Assembly: GCA_963741955.1 (NCBI GenBank)
Contig: CAVUKB010000010.1
Coordinates: 480,001 to 544,000 of the forward strand
Direction of reading: 5' to 3'
Length of the DNA stretch: 64,000 nucleotides
Source of the DNA: an uncultured Acidobacteriota bacterium
Lineage (GTDB): Bacteria > Acidobacteriota > Thermoanaerobaculia > Gp7-AA8
The translations under genes and the position numbers were made by a program. This document shows positions 58,010 to 64,000 of the stretch, one piece after another. Within the stretch, counting starts at the first letter, position 1, and each line of letters starts with the position of its first letter. Under the pieces are notes generated by a model. It was given only the letters and a program-made list of their open reading frames with translations, made no database searches and was not told the origin of the DNA.

Positions 58010-59186
58010 TGTGGGGCTCAAGAACCTCGGTGTGGGCGTCTTGGCGGGGGTCGGCGTGATCATTCGAGTGTTCTTGTCCGTCGTGTGCTTGGCCCTGCGG
58101 ACGCTGCTTGGCCTTCTGCTGATACGACGCCGCGACCGGATGGTGAACGACGTCGAGCTGCTAGTGCTGCGGCAGGAGGTAGCGGTGCTGCGTCGCCAAG
58201 TCACTCGTCCGCGGTTGGAGCCGAAAGATCGGTTGGTGTTGGCGGCGCTGGCTCGTCTGCTCCCGCGGCAGCTGCGGAGGACCCGGATTGTCGCGCCGGC
58301 GACACCGCTGCGGTGGCATCGCGGACTCGTTGCTCGCGCTGGACGTACCCGAGGAGAACAGCTGCGGTCGGCGGTCGACCACGCACCTGCGACGTTATCC
58401 GGGGCCTGGTGGTTCGGCTTGCACGGGAGAACCCGACCTGGGGTCACCGCCGCATCCACGGCGAGCTGGTCGGGCTCGGCTACCGGGTGGCCCGTGCGAC
58501 GGTGTGGAACATCCTCCATGAGGCAGGGCTGGATCCGGCGCCGCGACGGTCAGGGCCGACATGGCGGGAGTTTTGCCGCGCGCAAGCCCAGACGATGCTG
58601 GCGTGCGACTTCTTCACCGTCGACTCTGTGCTGCTGCCGAATCTACGTGTTCGTGGTGCTCGAGGTCGGCTCGCGCCGCGTCCACATCCTCGGGGTCACC
58701 AGGCATCCGACGGGTGACTGGTGACCTAGCAGGCACGCAACTTCCTCATGTCGCTGGGGGAGCGGACCGACGCCTTCCGGTTCCTGATCCGCGACCGCGA
58801 TACCAGGTTTACTGCCAGCTTCGACGCGGTGTTCGCCGGCGCACGCATCGCGGTCCTGCGCAGCCCACCGCGAGCTGCGAAGGCGAACGCCTCCGCCGAA
58901 CGGTGGGTCAGCCCCATCCGCCGCGACTGCCTGGACCGGATGCTGATCTTCCACCAGCTACAGCTTCTGCGTGTGCTGGCCCAATACGAGACGCACGACA
59001 CCAGCCATCGACCGCACCGAGCCCCACTAGTGGCCGCTGATCGCCGCCGCCGTCGGCGTTTCTGATCGAGGCGGCAGCACCGCGGTTCGGCGAACCGAGG
59101 TGCTCGGCGGCCTGAGCAACGAATACCGCCACGCCGCATGACCCCGGTCGCCCACATTGACAGCACTGAGGTTCTTGAGCCCCACA
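58010..59186 (+). mobile_element. 1177-bp integrase-core IS (IS481/IS3-like) with a pseudogenised transposase
   Basis: 19-bp perfect terminal inverted repeats TGTGGGGCTCAAGAACCTC; fragments LARENPTWGHRRIHGEL, ACDFFTVD, FLIRDRDTRF, AERWV spread across frames. Confidence 0.88.
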
Positions 59187-59202
59187 AGCCCATTTCGCCG
59201 GC

Positions 59203-59674
59203 CTAGGCACGCAGCGGAACCTGGCTGCCTTCTGGTGGCGTGCCGTAGGAGGCCCAGAGGCTGTTCAGCGACATCTGGTAGTAGAGGGAGTGCAGTCCGA
59301 GAATGAAGGCAAGGATCAGTCCGATCCACGGGTTGCATTGATCCAGTGATGATCCCGCAGCGGCTTGTGCCCGCCGGATCTGCGTCGCCTGTCTTCCACG
59401 CTGAGACGTATGGCGGAACCAGGATGATGGCTCCGGGAAAGAGGGCGAGAACTGCGACGCCAGGAGAGACCTCGATGCGCTGGTCGATGTCCCGGACCTC
59501 CCTGTTGATCTTGTACCACCACACAAGGTGATAGATGCCAAGTGTGATAAGCGGCCATACGAGCCATACCAGGAAGGGATTGCGGTGTTTACCGATCAAG
59601 CCCACTCCACCAGAGCCCGGCGGAGTGGGTGGCCCTCCCGGCGGTGTCGGCGGATAAGCCGGTGGCGTCGACAT
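59203..59674 (-). pseudogene. DUF4234-like membrane protein, copy 1, frameshifted
   Basis: Pro-rich N-terminus, GKHRNP..VWLVWPLITLGIYHLVWWYKINREV; frame changes after KTGD. Confidence 0.7.
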
Positions 59675-59806
59675 CTATCGTTTCCCCCATGCCTGAGTGA
59701 ACCGTCCCGGATTTCGCGCCGTCTTTGTTGGCGGCACCGGACGGTGAGCCGGTCTGTTGAGCGTAGTAGGCCTGCTCGACACACCACACCCGAGGAGTTC
59801 GAGAGC

Positions 59807-60275
59807 CTAGGCACGCAGCGGAACCTAGCTGCCTTCTGGTGGCGTGCCGTAGGAGGCCCAGAGGCTGTTCAGCGACATCTGGTAGTAGAGGGAGTGCAGT
59901 CAGAGAATGAAGGCCAGGATCAGTCCGATCCACGGGTTGCATTGATCCGGTGATCCCGCAGCGGCTTGAGCCCGCCGGATGCGATCGCCTGTCTTCCACG
60001 CTGAGATGTAGGGCGGAACCAGGATGATGGCTCCGGGAAAGAAGGGCAAGAACTGCGACGCCAGGAGAGACCTCGATGCGCTGGTCGAAGTCCCGGACCT
60101 CCCTGTTGATCTTGTACCACCACACAAGGTGATAGATGCCAAGTGTGATGAGCGGCCATACGAGCCATACCAGGAAGGGATTGCGGTGTTTACCGATCAA
60201 GCCCACTCCACCAGAGCCCGGCGGAGTGGGTGGCCCTCCCGGCGGTGTCGGTGGATGAGCCGGTGGCGTCGACAT
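59807..60275 (-). pseudogene. DUF4234-like membrane protein, copy 2, frameshifted
   Basis: Near-identical to copy 1; frameshift after VAVLAL. Confidence 0.7.
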
Positions 60276-60298
60276 CTATCGTTTCCCCCATGCCTGAG

Positions 60299-60580
60299 TG
60301 AACCGCCCGGATTTCGCGCCGTCTTCTTGTTGGCGGCACCGGACGGTGAGCCGGTCTGTTGAGCGTAGTAGGCCTGTTCGAACTCCTCGGGTGTGGTGTG
60401 TCGAGCAGGCTGTGCAGTCGCTGGTTGTCCAACCAGTCGACGTAGTTCGTCCGGGCTTCGACGTCGGCGAGGCTGCGCAGCGGGTCGGTGCGAAACGTGA
60501 TCGGGGAGCGACGGCCTCGCTCTTGAACGGTCCGATTAGCGACTCGGCGACGGCGTTGTCCCATGTCGTCGACTACTCCT
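60299..60580 (-). mobile_element. IS3-family (IS6110-like) 3' remnant with right inverted repeat
   Basis: End TGAACCGCCCGGATTT (also at 59698); residual PLRSLADVE..VDW..NQRLHSLL and EQAYYAQQ. Confidence 0.7.
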
Positions 60581-60599
60581 GATCGCGATGGTGAGCCCC

Positions 60600-60700
60600 G
60601 CTCTGTTGGGGTGACGCATCCGTTGCATCCGTGACGCGTCGCCGCCGTGGTCGGCTTCGGTCCTGTTGTTCGGGTACCGCTCGGTCGTGTCACGAAGGCC
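60600..60700 (-). pseudogene. Short IS6-family transposase fragment
   Basis: TERYPNNRTEADHG...MQRMR resembles the IS6 motif Y.NNR.E.DH...R.MRG. Confidence 0.5.
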
Positions 60701-60743
60701 CGGCGAACCGACATTCCGCGCGGCCCGCTTACGCTGCCACGCC

Positions 60744-62267
60744 ATGGAGTCATTCCCTGCGACGGTCACGTTGGATGTGCATATCGGTGCTCGGTCACCT
60801 GCATGGTGGGATGAGACGGAAGCCCAGGGGGCCGCCGCCATGGGTGATCATGCGCCGCTGGGCTTGGCGGACCCGCGCAATCGCCCCGCGATAACGCTCG
60901 AACCGATCAATTGGGACGAGCTTGGTTTCACGCCGCGCTGGCTGGGTGACGACTCAAGCGAGGCGGTCACAGCGATCGAACCCAGCATCTTCGCCGGTCA
61001 CGGGGCGCAGGAGTGGGAGCGTTTCGTGGAAGCCTCGCAGCGTCGACGCGAACTGGCGCTGGCCATATCGACCGTTGGCAGTCCACACGAGCCCGAAATC
61101 CAGTCTGGCTTGGCCAGCGGCGCTGCCAGCGTGCAGCTGCCGGGCACACGGTTGAGCAGCATCGGCGGTCATCGAGTCTCCCTGGCCTCACGGCCTGAGG
61201 CGGCCGAAGACTTGGGCCCCGCAGATCGCGATCTCGCGCTGCGACTGGCGGACACGCGCCCCACCGATCTGCCGTGGTGGCGGTTGACGCTGTCCGGAGC
61301 AACGTTGGAGGCTGCCTTCCAGCAGTCCGAAGTCGTGCCTGCGCAGGGCACGTTGACACCGCTGCTCCGTGGCCGCGCCGGCGAGGTCGTGGCAGCAATC
61401 TGGACGTCAGACGACGGCACGATCCGTCACTACGTGCTGCCGTACCTGCCGAAGTACGAGCCGGTGCTGGATTGGCTCGCGCGGCGAGGCTTGCCTGTGT
61501 TCAATCCAGCGGCGGCGCGACGCACGCGCACGTCACTGGCCACCGAACCTAAGCTGCAGACACCTGCGGAAACAACCGCCCGCGCGCGACTCGCCGAGCT
61601 GGAGACCGACTACCAGCGGCAGCGCGCGATAATCGAGGCTGAGTTGACCGCTGCTGTGAGCGCCGCCGACGAGGTACGCGACCCACTGCTGTACGGCAAG
61701 GACAAAGTGCTCGAGGACGCGGTCTCACGTGTGCTGAGGGACGCCGGCATGGAAGCGCGCAGTGTCGACGAGATGCTTTCCGCGACGGTCAACGCGGATC
61801 TGTTCGCCACATGGGCAGGCAATTCCGTGCTCGTCGAGGTCAAGGGAACGTCGGGTAACGCCCCGGAGAATCTGGCTGAGCCCGCGCGCCGGCACCTCAC
61901 TACGTGGCCCCAGCTGCGCCCGGACCTAACAGTCCGCGGCGTGGTGTTGATCGTGAATCACCAGGCGCGTACCCAACCGCTCGACCGGACACCTGCGCCG
62001 TTCAACCGCCGCGAGTTCGTTGAGTCGCTTACCTTCCCGGTGCTCAGCACGAGGCAGCTGTACGACTGGTGGCGCCGCGGCGAACACGCCGAGATCCGAT
62101 CCGCGTTGTTCGGCGACGCGGCACGGTCGACTGCCAATCAAGTGCCGCGGCCTGATGCCCAGCAGCGCGCGGACGGCGCTGGTCGCTCTGCGCCGGGCGA
62201 CCGTGCGCCCGCCCGGCGCAAGGGCCTGCTGCGCCGGCTATTCGCTCGACGTGATGTCGCCAGGTAA
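60744..62267 (+). CDS. Hypothetical protein with a coiled coil and a C-terminal PD-(D/E)XK nuclease-like domain
   Basis: Uninterrupted ORF of ~500 aa; LEDAVSRVLRDAG...NADLFATWAGNSVLVEVKG; start uncertain (60744 or 60840). Confidence 0.65.
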   Translation: MESFPATVTLDVHIGARSPAWWDETEAQGAAAMGDHAPLGLADPRNRPAITLEPINWDELGFTPRWLGDDSSEAVTAIEPSIFAGHGAQEWERFVEASQRRRELALAISTVGSPHEPEIQSGLASGAASVQLPGTRLSSIGGHRVSLASRPEAAEDLGPADRDLALRLADTRPTDLPWWRLTLSGATLEAAFQQSEVVPAQGTLTPLLRGRAGEVVAAIWTSDDGTIRHYVLPYLPKYEPVLDWLARRGLPVFNPAAARRTRTSLATEPKLQTPAETTARARLAELETDYQRQRAIIEAELTAAVSAADEVRDPLLYGKDKVLEDAVSRVLRDAGMEARSVDEMLSATVNADLFATWAGNSVLVEVKGTSGNAPENLAEPARRHLTTWPQLRPDLTVRGVVLIVNHQARTQPLDRTPAPFNRREFVESLTFPVLSTRQLYDWWRRGEHAEIRSALFGDAARSTANQVPRPDAQQRADGAGRSAPGDRAPARRKGLLRRLFARRDVAR

Positions 62268-62599
62268 GAGATCGGGGGCAGCCAGCCGCCGCTGCCGTCA
62301 TACCAACGGCGAGGCACACAACCGCGGCCCTCGCGCCAGGCACCACCCACGTCCGCCATTTCGGCGGTTCCGCGGGCCTGGTGCACCGTGGGTGTAAACC
62401 GGCGCCGGCCGAACGCGGGTGGCGGGTTACCTCGCGGTTGATGACCGGCTCCGGCACCAGGACAGCGCTGGCTTGGTGCCACAGCGCGCGCCGGGCTCAC
62501 TTACGTGCGAACACGTCGTCCGCGGTCGGCCGGGTGCTATGCCTCCGCGAAGGCGACCTCCCGGCCCAACGCCCCGAGACAGCACCACCTGCGGTAACT

Positions 62600-62970
62600 C
62601 AGGCGGGTCGCTGCTCAACACCGCCCTGCTGACCACCGCGACCATCGATCATCTGGGCGGGCAGCATCCGCCGGGGCGTTTCGAGGTGCGACGGTTGCGG
62701 CCGAAGATCGTGCTGTCCACCAGCCCAGAGCAGCACGGCTTCGTCGACAACGACTGGATCGGTCACACCATCACGATCGGCGACCAAGTCCGCCTGCGGG
62801 TCACCAGACCCGCGGTGCGTGATGACCACCCTGCCGCGAGCAGACCTGCCAATAGACGCTGGCATCCTGCGCACCGCCGCCCAGCACAACCAGGTCAATC
62901 TCGGGGTCTACGCCGACGTCCTCGCCGGCGGACCATCCGCCGCAGTGACCCGGTCACCCTCGCCGGGTAA
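62600..62970 (+). pseudogene. MOSC-domain protein C-terminal fragment, frameshifted
   Basis: LLTTATIDHL..FEVRRLRPKIV..WIGHTITIG..LRVT / VMTTL..LGVYADV / TIRRSDPV. Confidence 0.7.
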
Positions 62971-63366
62971 GGCCGCAAGTCCTAGGAACCGTGACGAGGT
63001 CGTAGCGTAATCCGCAGATTCACCGGGGCCGACGAATGTCGGGAGGGAGTTGACGCTCGGGCACTGGGCCCTAATAGTGGTGCGCTCCCGCGTCCCGGTC
63101 TGGCGCGACTTGGGTGCATGAGCGGTGCCTGGTCGAGTGACGACGCTGTCGGAGACGTCCGGCCGAATGTCAACGGCTTGCCTCGACGGCTGATCCGGAT
63201 AACCTGAATCGGGCTTGCTGTGGCGGCTGCCGACTTACCGACTCGCAACCCATCGACAGATCGGCATCGAGAGATCGCCCGACTGGTGGGCAGCGGTCCC
63301 CGCGCAGCGCCAGTCAGCAGGAGGGTGTTATGCGGTCTACGCGGATGGTTGAGCTGGCACTAGGGG

Positions 63367-64000
63367 CAATGCCATTCAATTACGCGGCTGTGATTTCGAC
63401 GGTGGCTGGCCCGGGGTAGAGGATTTCTCGATGTTCCGGGCGTTTGATCGGGCGGTAGCAGGGGCCGTAGCGTTTGATGACGCGGGGGTAGGCGCGGTGT
63501 CGGCGTGGTCGGAGCGGGAATCGGAGGATCTCCTCGATGACGCGGCGGTGCCGGTCATTGGTCTGGTGAGGGGGGAAAGTCCGCGGAGCCATCGGCTTCG
63601 CGGCGGATGACCCGCAGAGATCGGATGAACGATAACCGGTCGGGGTCAATGTCGGCGTCGTGCGCGGCTTCGGTCATGAGGGTTCGGATGGCGTAGTGGG
63701 CGAGGAGTATTCCCCAGATTTCTTGGCGCACCATCTGCGGCGACTTCGACCGCAGCACTCGGGAATGTGCGATCTGGTGTGTCTCGATCTCATCCAGCGC
63801 GATCTCGAATTCCCAGCGTTGGTGGTACGCGGCGGCCAGGTCGGGTGCCAGCGCATCTTCCCAGTCGGTGATCGTCGTGATCAGCCGGTAGGGATCGCCG
63901 CTGTCACGGTCGGTGATCTGGTACTCGATGACGCGGACGAGGATCGCCTGGTTTGTCGCAGCCCGCCACCGTGCTTCGTTCAGCGTGGCTGGTGTGCTGA
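63367..64000 (-). mobile_element. IS4-family element (actinobacterial type); transposase C-terminus and right end, runs off the window
   Basis: VRVIEYQI, YRLITTI, YHQRWEFE, RVLRSKSPQMVRQEIWG, DPDRLSF (ORF ends at 63555); terminus CAATGCCATTCAATTA at 63367. Confidence 0.88.

Noticed and set aside
56870-64000. Genomic island integrated at thiG
   Set aside because: No integrase, att repeat, tRNA or IS left end at the boundary; a mid-gene to mid-gene join fits an assembly or concatenation break better

Overview
The window has two parts. Bases 1 to ~56,869 are an intact, GC-rich core-genome segment of a diderm bacterium (it encodes OmpW, a DUF481 barrel, an LpxH-like enzyme and many lipoproteins; an Acidobacteriota-like origin is my inference). 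It carries two M3 peptidases, a ferredoxin, rnhA, a VPS10-like propeller protein, ggt, a Ser/Thr kinase, a Ycf46-like AAA ATPase, PilZ and GGDEF proteins, a sirtuin, moaA, bcp, sdhCAB, a fused 2-oxoacid dehydrogenase E1, a dnaJ-macro-lpxH-MBL-aroA-CNNM run, glgC, rph and thiG. Its intergenic spaces are rich in non-coding structure: two CTAG-bounded palindromic MITE-like families, a 195-bp REP tandem, inverted 7-mer/9-mer arrays and two other long hairpin elements. At ~56,870 thiG is cut at its 5' end and joins mid-gene to an IS66 transposase. From there to the end lies a cluster of decayed actinobacterial-type insertion sequences (IS66, IS481/IS3-like integrase elements, IS3, IS6, IS4) with a duplicated DUF4234 gene, a MOSC pseudogene and one intact PD-(D/E)XK-like orphan. 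The join looks like a chimeric or concatenated assembly. The strongest novelty candidates are a full-length P1B-ATPase homolog with its catalytic and transmembrane metal motifs replaced, the MITE and short-repeat system, an EXORDIUM/Phi-1-like secreted gene behind a candidate sigma54+IHF promoter, and the nuclease-like orphan. I saw no rRNA, tRNA or CRISPR array. All calls were made by eye from motifs; no database search was run.
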